From Candidatus Poribacteria bacterium (GTDB taxonomy: Bacteria; Poribacteria; WGA-4E; PCPOR2b): a stretch of 64,000 bases of DNA. The stretch is taken from assembly GCA_965116925.1 (NCBI GenBank), contig OZ220744.1, forward strand, positions 160,001-224,000. Reading direction: 5' to 3'. The notes beneath the pieces are model-generated. The model worked only from the letters and a program-made list of their open reading frames with translations, was not told where the DNA came from and ran no database searches. The translations under genes were made by a program, and so were the position numbers. This document shows positions 49,958-60,752 of this stretch, in pieces (the first letter of the stretch is position 1; every line of letters starts with the position of its first letter).

Positions 49958-50800
49958 CTACGTCTTCACCTGTGGATCCAACACATCCCGCAGTGCATCC
50001 CCCAACAGATTGAACCCTAAAACAATTAGGAAAATTGCAATCCCCGGCGTCATGACCGTCCACGGCGCCCGACGAATCAACGCCCGATTCTCGTTGAGCA
50101 TCGCACCCCACTCCGGTTCACCGATTTCGGCACCAAGCCCAAGAAAACTGAGACCGGCAGCGTCCAAAATAGCTGCTCCCATCCCCAACGTTGCCTGCAC
50201 AATCAGCGGCGCAAGACAGTTGGGCAGAATCGCACGGGTCAGAATGCGAAAGTCACTCACCCCAATGGCGTGGGCAGCAGTTACATAATCCTGCTCGCGG
50301 ATAGTGAGGACAGACGCACGCAAGATTCTAGCATATTGTGGGATGTAAACAATCGAGACAGCAATAATCGCATTTGTCAGACTCTGCCCCAAGATAGTGA
50401 CAATGACCATTGCTAGCAGAATACTCGGCATCGCAAGCATCATATCCATCACCCGCATGATACTGTTGTCGAGCCAACCCCCATAATAGCCAGCGATAAT
50501 ACCCAATAGCGCACCAATCGAGATTGAAAACGTCATCGCAACCAACCCAACTTTAATTGAAATCCGCGAACCGTAGACAATGCGACTGAAAATATCCCTC
50601 CCTACCTTATCGGTCCCAAAGTAATGTTCCTGAGACCAACCTTTGAGACGTGAAGTTACATCTGCATTGCGAGGATCATGTGTTGCGATCAGCGGGGCAA
50701 AGATTGCGATGACGATAAAAAAAGTCAAAATCGATGCGCCAATCACCGCCGATTTCTGCCGCAGCAGCTCCTGATAAAATTGACGACGATGTTCCCTCAT
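49958..50800 (-). CDS. dppC: Peptide ABC transporter permease (DppC/OppC)
   Basis: FGTDKVGRDIFSR, EAA loop, LSFLGLG...EWG, FNLLGDALRD. Confidence 0.92.
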   Translation of the reverse strand: MREHRRQFYQELLRQKSAVIGASILTFFIVIAIFAPLIATHDPRNADVTSRLKGWSQEHYFGTDKVGRDIFSRIVYGSRISIKVGLVAMTFSISIGALLGIIAGYYGGWLDNSIMRVMDMMLAMPSILLAMVIVTILGQSLTNAIIAVSIVYIPQYARILRASVLTIREQDYVTAAHAIGVSDFRILTRAILPNCLAPLIVQATLGMGAAILDAAGLSFLGLGAEIGEPEWGAMLNENRALIRRAPWTVMTPGIAIFLIVLGFNLLGDALRDVLDPQVKT

Positions 50801-51819
50801 GTTGCGTCTCCCCCAATTCGGATACGCGGATCAAAATAGGCATAGAGCAGATCGACAATCAAGTTTACCGTCATGAAAACCGTGGCAACAAAGAGAACGC
50901 CGCCTTGTACTGGACGAATATCACGCGCTTCAACAGCAGCCCGCAGCCACGAACCCAATCCGGGCCAAGAAAAAATATGCTCCGTTAAAATTGCCCCGCC
51001 CATCAGATAGCCAAATTGGAGACCGATGACTGTCAACACAGGAATGATGCTATTTTTTAGCGCATGTTTGAGGATCACGACCCATTTGGGTAGCCCCTTC
51101 GCGTAGGCGGTTACAATGTACTGTTGGTTCAGAACCTCTAGGAGGCTAGACCGTGTCATACGAGCAATGATTGCTAACGGTATTGTGCCAAGTGTTATCG
51201 CAGGAAGGATGAGGTGAGCGAGCGCATCTTGAAACGCAGCGAAGTTACCAGCGAGCAGGGTGTCAATCAGATAAAAGTGGGTACGGTGCTGAATGTCAAG
51301 ATCTAATACAGCGTCGAGCCGTTGTGAGCTGGGAAAAATTGGAAAGGTATAAGCAAGCAGTAGGATAAGCATCAACCCAAGCCAGAAGATTGGCATTGAG
51401 ATCCCTGCCAACGATCCGAACATCGTCGTGTAGTCCCAAAATTTTCCGCGATTGACGGCAGCGATAATCCCTGCAGCTACGCCGAAAAAAATTGAGAAAA
51501 TCATCGCTGCGAGCGTCAGCTCTACCGTCGCAGGAAATTTACGAAGGATTTCGTCAATGACCGGTTGGTTGGTCTTAAACGAACGTCCCAGATCGAAATG
51601 CACCAAATCCCACAGAAACACCCCGTACTGCTTATACAGCGGCTGATCTAACCCCATCTGGCGACGAAGTTCCGTCAACGCCTCCTCTGTCGCACGCTCA
51701 CCGAGAATTGCGAGAGCAGCATCACCGGGAATAAGATGTACCATGAAAAAGACGAGCAGCGAAACACCGAAGAGCGATAATCCCATTGAGAGGAGTCGAT
51801 GCAAGATGTAGACAATCAT
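50797..51819 (-). CDS. dppB: Peptide ABC transporter permease (DppB/OppB)
   Basis: GLDQPLYKQY, PATVEL, RMTRSSLLEV, AYAKGL, DLLYAYFDPRIR. Confidence 0.92.
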   Translation of the reverse strand: MIVYILHRLLSMGLSLFGVSLLVFFMVHLIPGDAALAILGERATEEALTELRRQMGLDQPLYKQYGVFLWDLVHFDLGRSFKTNQPVIDEILRKFPATVELTLAAMIFSIFFGVAAGIIAAVNRGKFWDYTTMFGSLAGISMPIFWLGLMLILLLAYTFPIFPSSQRLDAVLDLDIQHRTHFYLIDTLLAGNFAAFQDALAHLILPAITLGTIPLAIIARMTRSSLLEVLNQQYIVTAYAKGLPKWVVILKHALKNSIIPVLTVIGLQFGYLMGGAILTEHIFSWPGLGSWLRAAVEARDIRPVQGGVLFVATVFMTVNLIVDLLYAYFDPRIRIGGDAT

Positions 51820-51827
51820 CTGTCACG

Positions 51828-53402
51828 TCACTTTTCAAGCCAGATCTGTCGAAAATACTTCCACGATGTTGGGTGAAGTTTGAGATTCTTAATCTGTTTG
51901 TTGATGATTAAGATCTGTTTGGAGTGCGCTAGTGGAACCCAAGGAACATCGCGGTGAAAAAGTGCTTGGGCTTGTTTATAAAGTTCGATCCGCTTGGCTT
52001 GATCCATCGTTGACTGTGCTTCGACCAGAAGTGCCTGCATCTCATCGCTGCGATAGAACGCAATGTTTCCCGCCGGTTTTTGTGCTGCTTCCTTGCTCAA
52101 CAGATAGTAGAAGAAGTTATCCGGATCGCCGAGATCCGCAGACCAACCGAGCATTGCTGTATCGTGCTCACCGTGTTTGGTCTTTTCCAAGTACGTGCCC
52201 CAATCAAAGGTCACAATCTTCGCTATGATTCCAATATGACGCAAATCCGATTGAATCGCTGCGGCAAGGGCACTCCCATCAGGAATGTAAGGACGTGGCA
52301 CCGGCAATGCCCACAGCGTCGTCTCGAAACCGTCTGCGTAACCTGCCTCTGCAAGTAACGCCTTCGCCTTTGCCGGATCGTAGGTGTGCTCCTCAATCGA
52401 GTCATCATAACTCCACATCGTCGGGGGGATGGGGTTTTTGGCGGGAATGCCCATGCCTTGATAAAGCTCTGTGACAATCTCGTGCTTATTAATCGCATGG
52501 TTGACAGCGAGGCGAACCTTGAGATTGTCGAAAGGCTTTTTATCGAAATTCATTGCAAGATAACCGATATTCATGCCGGGTTGTTCGATAATCCTAAGTT
52601 GGGGGTCTTCACGAATCTGGAGCAGGTCATCCGGATTCGGAAATTCCATTGCATGAATACTTCCGTTTTGTAGCTCGATAAGACGGACTGAGTTGTCGGG
52701 GATAGATCGGAAGATAATTCTGTCAAGCGGTGGGCGTCCTTCCCAATAGTCTTTGTTTACCTCCAAGACAACCTTATCCTCACGGTCCCAACGTACAAAC
52801 TTGAACGGTCCTGTGCCGACCGGATGATTCTTAAAATCCACGCCCCATTTCTGAAGGGCAGTTGGACTGACAATCGAAAAAGGTGTCATTGCGATAGTGT
52901 AGATGAAAGGGGCATAGGGACGTTTGAGAATTATTTCAACTGTATACGCATCTGGCGCAGTGATTTCCTCTACAATCTCAGCCAATCCGGTGTACGACCA
53001 GTAGGTGTAGGAACCGCCCACATTATGGAAAGGGTGATCTGGATCATGCTGACGGTTGAGAGAAAAAAGCACCGCATCCGCATTGAAAGGTGTACCATCG
53101 TGGAACTTAACCCCCTTGCGAAGATTAAACCGCCACGTCAATCCATCCTCCGATGACTCCCACGATTCCGCCAATGCTGGCTCGATTTCCGTACTCTCAT
53201 CCTTGTACTGTACGAGTCTGTCGTAGATATTCTCACACACCTTGAAGGATTCGCCATCCTCTTCCTGCGCGGGGTCAAGTCCGACAGAATCGCCACCACG
53301 CCCAAAAATCAGTGTGCCCCCAATCACTTGAGCATCCACAACATAGACAGAAGATATTACAAACAAAAGGATTACAAAAATATGTAGATATTGTTGTTTC
53401 AT
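51828..53402 (-). CDS. dppA: Peptide ABC transporter substrate-binding protein (DppA-like, family 5)
   Basis: LDPAQ, PALAESW, LRKGVKFHDG, PVGTGPFKF, RPYIPD, GWSADLGDPDNF. Confidence 0.92.
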   Translation of the reverse strand: MKQQYLHIFVILLFVISSVYVVDAQVIGGTLIFGRGGDSVGLDPAQEEDGESFKVCENIYDRLVQYKDESTEIEPALAESWESSEDGLTWRFNLRKGVKFHDGTPFNADAVLFSLNRQHDPDHPFHNVGGSYTYWSYTGLAEIVEEITAPDAYTVEIILKRPYAPFIYTIAMTPFSIVSPTALQKWGVDFKNHPVGTGPFKFVRWDREDKVVLEVNKDYWEGRPPLDRIIFRSIPDNSVRLIELQNGSIHAMEFPNPDDLLQIREDPQLRIIEQPGMNIGYLAMNFDKKPFDNLKVRLAVNHAINKHEIVTELYQGMGIPAKNPIPPTMWSYDDSIEEHTYDPAKAKALLAEAGYADGFETTLWALPVPRPYIPDGSALAAAIQSDLRHIGIIAKIVTFDWGTYLEKTKHGEHDTAMLGWSADLGDPDNFFYYLLSKEAAQKPAGNIAFYRSDEMQALLVEAQSTMDQAKRIELYKQAQALFHRDVPWVPLAHSKQILIINKQIKNLKLHPTSWKYFRQIWLEK

Positions 53403-53423
53403 CTAAAATTACTCCTAGATTGA

Positions 53424-53495
53424 TAGTAGTAGGCATACTCTGTATGCCGTAACCCTCTGCGTCAAAGTAGTAGGCATACTCCGTATGCCGTAACC
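53424..53495 (+). repeat. Two tandem family A GTAG-REPs
   Basis: Copies at 53424-53454 and 53466-53495 of the element seen at 5503 and 6681. Confidence 0.85.
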
Positions 53496-53500
53496 AGCAC

Positions 53501-53605
53501 GTAGGTTGGGTTGAACTCAACCGATGAAAAACACCAAGCAGAATACGACAATTTCGGGAGATGATTCTGATTCAAATTTCAAAAATCAAGTGCAACCCAA
53601 CTCTT
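53501..53605 (+). repeat. Long-spacer GTAG-REP, family D (copy 2)
   Basis: Homologous to 42013-42117. Confidence 0.8.
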
Positions 53606-53813
53606 GATAGCTTATTCAGCCAAAAATCCGCGCAATCCGCGTCATCTATTTAATCCGCGATTCAGATAACTAGGCTGTTATCAAATTATTGTCGCAAAAA
53701 TAAGGGAGAGTGTCAAGAGAAAACAGTATATTTGAATATGCACAAATACAGATGATATGATACAATAGATGATACACTTTCGTTATGCACAAAAAAACGG
53801 GAAGGATTCGCCG

Positions 53814-54200
53814 ATGTTTGATTTTGTACAAGGCACACTTTTAGGTGTTACTTTAACCCTAACGTTAGTGCTCACAGGTTTGTTGGGATTGCTATGTATC
53901 CGTATGCGCTCAATAGGTTTAATCATTATCACAGTGGTGCTTGTTTTTCCTCCTGCATTAGGCTTGATTCCGAGTTATATTTTTAGACTATACATAGACC
54001 AGTGGGCTGATGGGGACCTGAATAACTGGTTGACTCAGCACATGACAATCGAGGGTTTCTTGGCACTGTATCGCTTGGTCATTCGGTTAATCCACGATGG
54101 ATTGTTGGTATTGGGTGCTTTCCTAATCTATCGAGAATGGAGTCGTGGGAAGATTCGTTGGAACCGGCAGAAATCGTCGGAGGTCGTTAATCATGCCTGA
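53814..54200 (+). CDS. Hypothetical membrane protein
   Basis: About three hydrophobic segments; overlaps the next gene. Confidence 0.6.
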   Translation: MFDFVQGTLLGVTLTLTLVLTGLLGLLCIRMRSIGLIIITVVLVFPPALGLIPSYIFRLYIDQWADGDLNNWLTQHMTIEGFLALYRLVIRLIHDGLLVLGAFLIYREWSRGKIRWNRQKSSEVVNHA

Positions 54201-54825
54201 TACCAGCTCTGACTCTAAAGTAATCCGTCAGGCACTAAATACACAAATGCTCGATCGAATTGCGGTTACTATATCCGTGCTTTTCAATCCATTCCTATTG
54301 CCGCTTGCGTCAATCTTGTTAATCGTCCGTATGTCCGTCGCGACGACCCAGCAGGGATTGTTGTGGATGGTGATTGTCATACTGTTTGCCAGTGTGCTGC
54401 CGATGCTTTTTATCCTGTTACTTTTTCGTATAGGGCAACTGAGCGATTTTCGATTAACGGTCAGAGAACAACGCGCTAAACCGCTGATATTTTCGCTTGT
54501 GAGTGCCCTTGTCGGCAGCGGCATTTTACACCTCCTCAATGCGCCGCGGGAAATTATCTGGCTCTGTATTGCCTGCGTCATCAACGGAGTTGTGCTTACC
54601 CTAATTACACGAGTGTGGAAAATCAGCTTCCACAGTGGGGTTGCTGCAGGGTGTATGACAGGGCTTGCGACACTAATCAGCGGTCAGTTCGTCTACCTGT
54701 TTATTCTGTTGCCGCTCATTGCATGGGCAAGGGTGCACCGGAAAAGGCACACCTATCTTCAAACTATCATCGCTGCACCGATCGCTGTTGCAAGTACTGC
54801 GGTAGTACTTCAGTTGGCATTATAA
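54193..54825 (+). CDS. Polytopic membrane protein, PAP2-like
   Basis: WKISFH...WARVHRKRHTYLQ resembles a degenerate PAP2 family; about 6 transmembrane segments; RBS GGAGG. Confidence 0.65.
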   Translation: MPDTSSDSKVIRQALNTQMLDRIAVTISVLFNPFLLPLASILLIVRMSVATTQQGLLWMVIVILFASVLPMLFILLLFRIGQLSDFRLTVREQRAKPLIFSLVSALVGSGILHLLNAPREIIWLCIACVINGVVLTLITRVWKISFHSGVAAGCMTGLATLISGQFVYLFILLPLIAWARVHRKRHTYLQTIIAAPIAVASTAVVLQLAL

Positions 54826-54934
54826 GGGTGCTATATCGGCAACCGCGGAAACATCCAAAGCCGTTCAATAAAGCATAACCTCAATGGATCATAATTTATT
54901 GCACAACGCGTAGGAAAAGTGTAGGTGAGAGACA

Positions 54935-57637
54935 ATGGCAGAAGAAAATAATACAAAGCAGTTACTAATCATTGACGGGACAGCGTTTGTATATCGTGCA
55001 TTTTATGGAATGCAACAACAACTGACCAACTCCCAAGGTCAACCGACCGCCGCAATTCTTAGCTTCACAAGAACGCTGCTAAAACTGCTTGAAGATGGCA
55101 ATAAGTACATAGCGATTTGCTTTGATCGAGGCGGAAAAAGTAAAAGAGACGAACTGTACGCCGCCTATAAAGCGGATCGTCCCCCGACCCCAGATGCAAT
55201 CATTTCCCAATTTCCCTATGTTCGGAAAATTGTCGAAGCACTTGGCATCCCGACCGTAGAAATGGACGAATACGAAGCAGATGATGTCGCTGGAACCTTA
55301 GCGAAGCAAGCGGAGGCAACGGGATTCGATGTGCTGATTATGACCAATGACAAGGATATGCTCCAGTTGATCTCCCCGAAGATCAAGGTGCATCGCGTCA
55401 ATCCGCGTGGCGGATACGAAATCTATGACGCGGCAGCGTGCAAAAGACGTTACGGAATAGAGCCGTATCAAATCCCGGATTACCTTGCACTTGCAGGCGA
55501 TAGCGTGGATCAAATCCCCGGCGTCAGCGGCGTTGGAGAAAAGACTGCCCCTAAACTACTCTCTGAATTTGGCACAATCGAAACTCTCCTCCAGCGTCTT
55601 GATGAAGTACCACAGCGATTCCGCACCAAGCTGGAGGCGGGCGAGAGCCACGCACTACTGAGCAAAAAACTGGCAACCCTCGAAACCGCCCTTGAACTGC
55701 CTATTACACCTGAAGGGTGCAAGATTGGAGATAGAGACAACGAAGCGTTGCTAGCACTTTTCCGTGAACTTGAGTTTCATAGCCTACTTGACCAAGTTGT
55801 AACAGACCGGGAAATGCCGAAACCGGACACAAACTATCAGATGATTACGGATGAAGCTGGCTTGAAGCATCTCATTGGGAAACTCAAGGCAAATATGGAA
55901 TTTTCCGTAGATTTGGAGACGACCTCAACCAACCCAATTGATGCCCAGATTGTCGGTATTGCCATCACCACCGCTCCACATGAGGGATATTACATTCCGA
56001 TTCTGAGCTCCCTCCTTGATACGCCATCTTTGCTCTCCCAAGATCAAGTTTTGGGGGCTCTCCGCCCCGTTCTTGAAGATCCGTCTTATCAAAAAGTCGG
56101 GCAGAATATAAAATATGACCTTAAGGTGTTCAAACGTCACGGCGCAGACTTGAAAGGTATCTCGTTCGACACAATGCTCGCTTCTGGACTGCTACATCCG
56201 GCATCCGCCAGCCACGGTCTGGATGACCTCGCCTTTACCCATCTGAACCACAAAATGATTTCGATTAAAGACCTTATCGGCACAGGATCGAAACAGATTA
56301 CGATGGACCTTGTACCGCTTCCACAGATTACCGAGTATGCCTGCGAAGATGTAGATATCACACTACAACTCAAGAATAAGTTTGCGTCGGGCTTGGCGAC
56401 GGAAGGACTGACCGATATTTTCCGTGATATTGAAATGCCATTGATCCCTGTGCTTGCTGATATGGAATTGACAGGGATTCAGGTGGATGGAGATTACCTC
56501 AGACAATTATCGCAGGAATTTCAAGAGCGTCTTGATCAAAAAATGGATCAGATTTATGCAGAGGCAGGACAAGAATTTAACATCAATTCGCCAAAACAGC
56601 TGGGGCAGCTTTTATTTGAAGAACTCAATTTACCGAAGAATCTGACGCGCAGAACAAAAACAGGCTACTCCACCGATATCCGAGTTTTACAAAGGTTGGC
56701 TCCACACCACCCATTGCCGGAGCTGATCTTGGAATATCGTTCTTTTGCCAAACTCAAATCCACGTACACCGACGCACTGGTTGGACTGATTAACTCGGAT
56801 ACAAAACGCATCCATACATCGTTCCACCAAGCTGGGGTCCGGACAGGACGACTCAGCAGCAGCGATCCAAACCTACAGAATATCCCCGTGCGAACCGCTG
56901 AAGGACGAGAGATTCGCCGGGCATTCGTCGCCAGCGATGACGACCATACGCTGATTGTTGCAGATTACTCACAGATCGAACTGCGTATCCTCGCCCACCT
57001 TTCTGGAGACGATCGGCTGCGGGACGCCTTTGAGCAAGATCTGGATATCCATGCACAATCCGCTTCTCTTATCTTTGGTCTGCCACCGAAGGAGATTGAC
57101 GATAATATGCGTCGTCAGGCGAAAACAATGAATTACGGAATCGTCTACGGTGTAGGCGCGTTCCGCCTGTCCAACGAACTTCAGATTGAGTTTGGTGAAG
57201 CCCAACAATTAATCGATAACTACTTTCAGACTTATGCTGGTGTCAGAGACTATTTTGACCGGATTGTTGCAAAAGCGCAAGAACAAGAATATGTCACAAC
57301 ACTCCTCGGACGACGCTGCTATGTGCCGGAGATCCAAGCCGCTGACCGAAACACCCAAGAATTTGGCAAACGCGTCGCTATTAACGCCCCAATGCAGGGC
57401 ACAGCTGCAGAACTTATCAAACTTGCCATGCTTGGGATTCATGACTATCTGGCGAAGAATGGTAAGCGGACGAAATTACTGCTGCAAGTCCATGACGAGT
57501 TGGTGTTTGAAGCACCAAAATCCGAGCAAGAGGAGGTATTGGCAGAAATCAAACGCCTGATGGAGAATGCCTGTCAGATTGATGTACCCATTAAGGTTGA
57601 TATCCATGCAGGGGCGAATTGGCTCGAAGCAAAGTAG
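54935..57637 (+). CDS. polA: DNA polymerase I
   Basis: 5'-3' exonuclease (IIDG...YRAF, EADD), 3'-5' exonuclease (DLETT), polymerase motifs ADYSQIELR and QVHDELVFE. Confidence 0.98.
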   Translation: MAEENNTKQLLIIDGTAFVYRAFYGMQQQLTNSQGQPTAAILSFTRTLLKLLEDGNKYIAICFDRGGKSKRDELYAAYKADRPPTPDAIISQFPYVRKIVEALGIPTVEMDEYEADDVAGTLAKQAEATGFDVLIMTNDKDMLQLISPKIKVHRVNPRGGYEIYDAAACKRRYGIEPYQIPDYLALAGDSVDQIPGVSGVGEKTAPKLLSEFGTIETLLQRLDEVPQRFRTKLEAGESHALLSKKLATLETALELPITPEGCKIGDRDNEALLALFRELEFHSLLDQVVTDREMPKPDTNYQMITDEAGLKHLIGKLKANMEFSVDLETTSTNPIDAQIVGIAITTAPHEGYYIPILSSLLDTPSLLSQDQVLGALRPVLEDPSYQKVGQNIKYDLKVFKRHGADLKGISFDTMLASGLLHPASASHGLDDLAFTHLNHKMISIKDLIGTGSKQITMDLVPLPQITEYACEDVDITLQLKNKFASGLATEGLTDIFRDIEMPLIPVLADMELTGIQVDGDYLRQLSQEFQERLDQKMDQIYAEAGQEFNINSPKQLGQLLFEELNLPKNLTRRTKTGYSTDIRVLQRLAPHHPLPELILEYRSFAKLKSTYTDALVGLINSDTKRIHTSFHQAGVRTGRLSSSDPNLQNIPVRTAEGREIRRAFVASDDDHTLIVADYSQIELRILAHLSGDDRLRDAFEQDLDIHAQSASLIFGLPPKEIDDNMRRQAKTMNYGIVYGVGAFRLSNELQIEFGEAQQLIDNYFQTYAGVRDYFDRIVAKAQEQEYVTTLLGRRCYVPEIQAADRNTQEFGKRVAINAPMQGTAAELIKLAMLGIHDYLAKNGKRTKLLLQVHDELVFEAPKSEQEEVLAEIKRLMENACQIDVPIKVDIHAGANWLEAK

Positions 57638-57892
57638 CACCGTTGAAAACGGGGATTTTCAGGTCGATTTTGCAGTAAAGTGCACTGTTAGTGAAGATTT
57701 CTATGATAACTATTGCTTGGTACTACATTTCCTCCTGCCTTCGAGCAATATAAAGCGCAGCGCACGGCGTTAGGGCGTTTGAACAAATTGTGTGCGTCAT
57801 ATTGACAAGCAGCCCGAGATATGACATTGCCATTCTGGCATTTCTAGGAAACCTCCGGCTGTCGCGTGCGTTGCTGCCTATGGTTATTAGGT

Positions 57893-57907
57893 TGGCATGT
57901 ATATTGC
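57893..57907 (+). promoter_or_regulatory. Sigma54 (-24/-12) promoter candidate
   Basis: TGGCATGTATATTGC has exact GG-N10-GC spacing; lies upstream of the response regulator and dnaK. Confidence 0.6.
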
Positions 57908-57989
57908 CTGCTAATTTGCTAAGTGAACGCGGATTTTGTCCGTGAGACGATCTGTATCGTTGGAAGTGGGAGGAAAGGAACACTAAAAG

Positions 57990-58484
57990 ATGATCCGGCA
58001 CAGTTATCGAATTCTTCTAGTTGATGATGATATGGCTTCTTTGGAGGTCTTGGGCGAGGTATTAACTCGTGCCGGTTACGATGCTGTGTCCGCAGAGACT
58101 GGATATGAAGCCTTAGAAATTGTTCGGGAAGCTTCGATAGATCTCGCGCTCCTAGACTTTAACCTTCCGGACACAACGGGGGCAGAATTGCTTCAACAAA
58201 TTAAGCGATTTCAGCCAAATGTGCCTGCCATCATTATGAGTGCAAACACATCACAGGGGGTAAAATTTGACGTGTTTGAAGCGGGTGCCTACACATTCAT
58301 ATCAAAACCTATAGATTTACCACAGCTGCTAGGATTCGTTTCTCGTGCGTTAAATCTTAAACAACAATCGATAGCACGTCGTCAAGACAACAGGCAGGAT
58401 ATTTCAACGGGTCGGAACAACCAGACGCTTCAGGTGAAGAGATTAAGCATTTTCCGATGGATTCGGATTATCAGACATAAGTAG
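57990..58484 (+). CDS. Single-domain response regulator (receiver) with a basic C-terminal tail
   Basis: [15 protein letters not shown] phospho-acceptor, FISKP; no recognisable output domain. Confidence 0.85.
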   Translation: MIRHSYRILLVDDDMASLEVLGEVLTRAGYDAVSAETGYEALEIVREASIDLALLDFNLPDTTGAELLQQIKRFQPNVPAIIMSANTSQGVKFDVFEAGAYTFISKPIDLPQLLGFVSRALNLKQQSIARRQDNRQDISTGRNNQTLQVKRLSIFRWIRIIRHK

Positions 58485-58533
58485 TGAGCAGATACCTACA
58501 TCAATAATCATTAATTTTATGGAGGGATTTCGG

Positions 58534-60492
58534 ATGAGTAAAGTCATTGGAATTGATTTGGGAACCACAAATTCGTGTGTCGCTGTTTTAGAAGGCGGTG
58601 AGCCGAAAGTACTCGAAAACGCCGAAGGCACTAGAACAACGCCATCTGTTGTTGCTGTTACGAAAGAGGGAGAGCGATTGGTTGGGCAAGTTGCCAAAAG
58701 GCAAGCTGTCACCAATCCGAAAAATACAATCTTCTCTGTCAAACGATTTATGGGGCGCAAGTACAGGGAAGTGAGCGAAGAAATAAACCGCGTTCCCTAC
58801 GAGGCCGCAAGCGATAAAGATGGTGATGTGTCTATAAAAATCGAGGATAAACAACATGCACCACCTGAGATTTCTGCAATGATTCTTCAGAAGATGAAGG
58901 AAACCGCAGAATCCTACCTCGGTGAATCGGTCACGCAAGCTGTCATTACAGTTCCTGCTTATTTTAACGATTCGCAGCGTCAAGCGACGAAAGACGCAGG
59001 TAGAATCGCCGGATTGGAAGTACTCCGCATCATCAACGAGCCAACAGCTGCATCATTGGCTTACGGACTGGATAATCAGAAAGATAAAAATATTGCAGTC
59101 TACGATCTGGGGGGGGGGACTTTTGACATCTCAATCCTTGAAATCGGTGACGGTGTATTTGAAGTCAAGAGTACCAACGGCGATACCCACCTCGGTGGTG
59201 ACGATTTCGATCAGAAGGTCATCGATTGGCTTGCTGAGGAATTTCAGCAGGAGCAAGGAATAGATCTCCGTAAGGACAATATGGCACTACAGAGGTTAAA
59301 AGAGGGGGCGGAAAAAGCGAAATGCGAACTCTCAACCGCTATGCAAACCGATATTAATCTGCCTTTTATCACCGCAGATGCGAGCGGACCGAAACACCTC
59401 AATGTCAACCTGACCCGTGCAAAACTTGAGCAGATTACCGACGATCTCGTTGAACGATCGCTTGAACCGTGCCGGAAAGCCATCGCCGATGCGGGATTAT
59501 CCGCGAGTGACATTGAAGAGGTCATACTGGTTGGTGGACAAACACGGATGCCTAAGGTCCAGGAGGCGGTACAGCGGCTATTTGGCAGGGAGCCCCATAA
59601 GGGAGTTAATCCCGACGAAGTCGTTGCAATTGGTGCCGCAATTCAAGGCGGTGTCCTGTCTGGCGATGAAGGCGTGAAAGACATCTTGCTACTTGATGTA
59701 ACTCCGCTGTCGTTGGGCGTCGAAACATTGGGTGGAATATTCACTCGACTTATTGAGCGGAATACAACAATTCCAGCCAAGAAATCACAAATCTTTACGA
59801 CATCGCAAGACAATCAGACTACTGTTGATGTACATGTGTTGCAGGGTGAGCGGGAACAGGCTATCTACAACAAAACGATTGGTCGTTTCCAACTCGATGG
59901 CCTCCCGCCAGCACCGCGCAGTATGCCGCAGATTGAGGTGGCATTTGATATTGATGCAAACGGTATTCTCAACGTTTCTGCGAAGGATCAGGCGACAGGT
60001 AAGGAACAACACATCACCATTACCGCTTCGTCGGGACTCTCTGAAACGGAAATTGATCAGATGGTCAAAGATGCCGAAACCCATGCCGCCGAAGACCAGC
60101 AGAAACGCGAAGAGGTGGAGGTACATAATCAAGCGGATTCGTTGATCTATGAAACAGAGAAGAATCTCAGTGAGTTTGGCGATAAGGTTGATGAGGCAAT
60201 CAAGAGTAATGTTGAAAATGCCGTTGCGGAGTTGAAGAAAGCCCTAGAAAGCCAGAATACTGAAGACATAAAAGCAAAAACTGAAAGTCTTATGCAGGTC
60301 TGGCATCAGGCTTCGGAAGAGCTGTATAAGCAAACCGCTGAAGCCGGTGGTGACCCATCTGCAGGACCAGAGTATCAGGGCGCACCAACGGATGAACCAC
60401 AGTCCACATCTTCATCGGCTGATGGCGAAGTGATCGACGCCGATTATGAAGTTGTTGATGACGACAAGAAAGCCGATCAGGACAAGAAGTAG
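58534..60492 (+). CDS. dnaK: Molecular chaperone DnaK
   Basis: [47 protein letters not shown]-terminal DADYE. Confidence 0.99.
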   Translation: MSKVIGIDLGTTNSCVAVLEGGEPKVLENAEGTRTTPSVVAVTKEGERLVGQVAKRQAVTNPKNTIFSVKRFMGRKYREVSEEINRVPYEAASDKDGDVSIKIEDKQHAPPEISAMILQKMKETAESYLGESVTQAVITVPAYFNDSQRQATKDAGRIAGLEVLRIINEPTAASLAYGLDNQKDKNIAVYDLGGGTFDISILEIGDGVFEVKSTNGDTHLGGDDFDQKVIDWLAEEFQQEQGIDLRKDNMALQRLKEGAEKAKCELSTAMQTDINLPFITADASGPKHLNVNLTRAKLEQITDDLVERSLEPCRKAIADAGLSASDIEEVILVGGQTRMPKVQEAVQRLFGREPHKGVNPDEVVAIGAAIQGGVLSGDEGVKDILLLDVTPLSLGVETLGGIFTRLIERNTTIPAKKSQIFTTSQDNQTTVDVHVLQGEREQAIYNKTIGRFQLDGLPPAPRSMPQIEVAFDIDANGILNVSAKDQATGKEQHITITASSGLSETEIDQMVKDAETHAAEDQQKREEVEVHNQADSLIYETEKNLSEFGDKVDEAIKSNVENAVAELKKALESQNTEDIKAKTESLMQVWHQASEELYKQTAEAGGDPSAGPEYQGAPTDEPQSTSSSADGEVIDADYEVVDDDKKADQDKK

Positions 60493-60525
60493 GGCGTTGG
60501 ACTCAAGTGTTTTGATATTCGTGTT

Positions 60526-60616
60526 TGGCTCATATAAAAAGAAAGTGCAAAATGCGAAGAGAAACCGAGTTTTTCTTCAAAACTCGGTTTCTTTGTACGA
60601 TTTCTTAACATGAGCC
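60526..60616. repeat. MITE family E (inverted copy) with an AGAAACCGAGTTTT...AAAACTCGGTTTCT core; may act as the dnaK terminator
   Basis: Flanks match 42127-42257 in reverse orientation; perfect internal hairpin. Confidence 0.8.
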
Positions 60617-60693
60617 TTGTGTTTTTGCTATAAAGAAATCTACCAACTTAAAAGAGTTCGTCACTTGATAGGCCAAGTTGAATTGAAAATCCC

Positions 60694-60731
60694 AACCTTG
60701 CGAAGGTTTTGAGCCTTCGCAAGGTTTTTTT
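60694..60731. repeat. Palindromic element AACCTTGCGAAGG...CCTTCGCAAGGTT with T-tract
   Basis: 13-bp perfect inverted repeat just upstream of the RBS of the next gene. Confidence 0.6.
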
Positions 60732-60752
60732 GTGCTATTGGAGGTATCTAAT

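Noticed and set aside
49958..53402. Peptide ABC operon lacking ATPase genes as a novel system
   Set aside because: Distal or shared dppD/F genes are common; this is not informative without the rest of the genome
53424..53495. Mini CRISPR array (two palindromic repeats of about 30 bp)
   Set aside because: The spacer is only about 11 bp, other copies are dispersed singly and there are no cas genes; REP elements explain it better
57892..57914. CIRCE element upstream of dnaK (TTGGCA...TGCTAA)
   Set aside because: Arm sequence and spacing do not fit TTAGCACTC-N9-GAGTGCTAA; a sigma54 motif fits exactly
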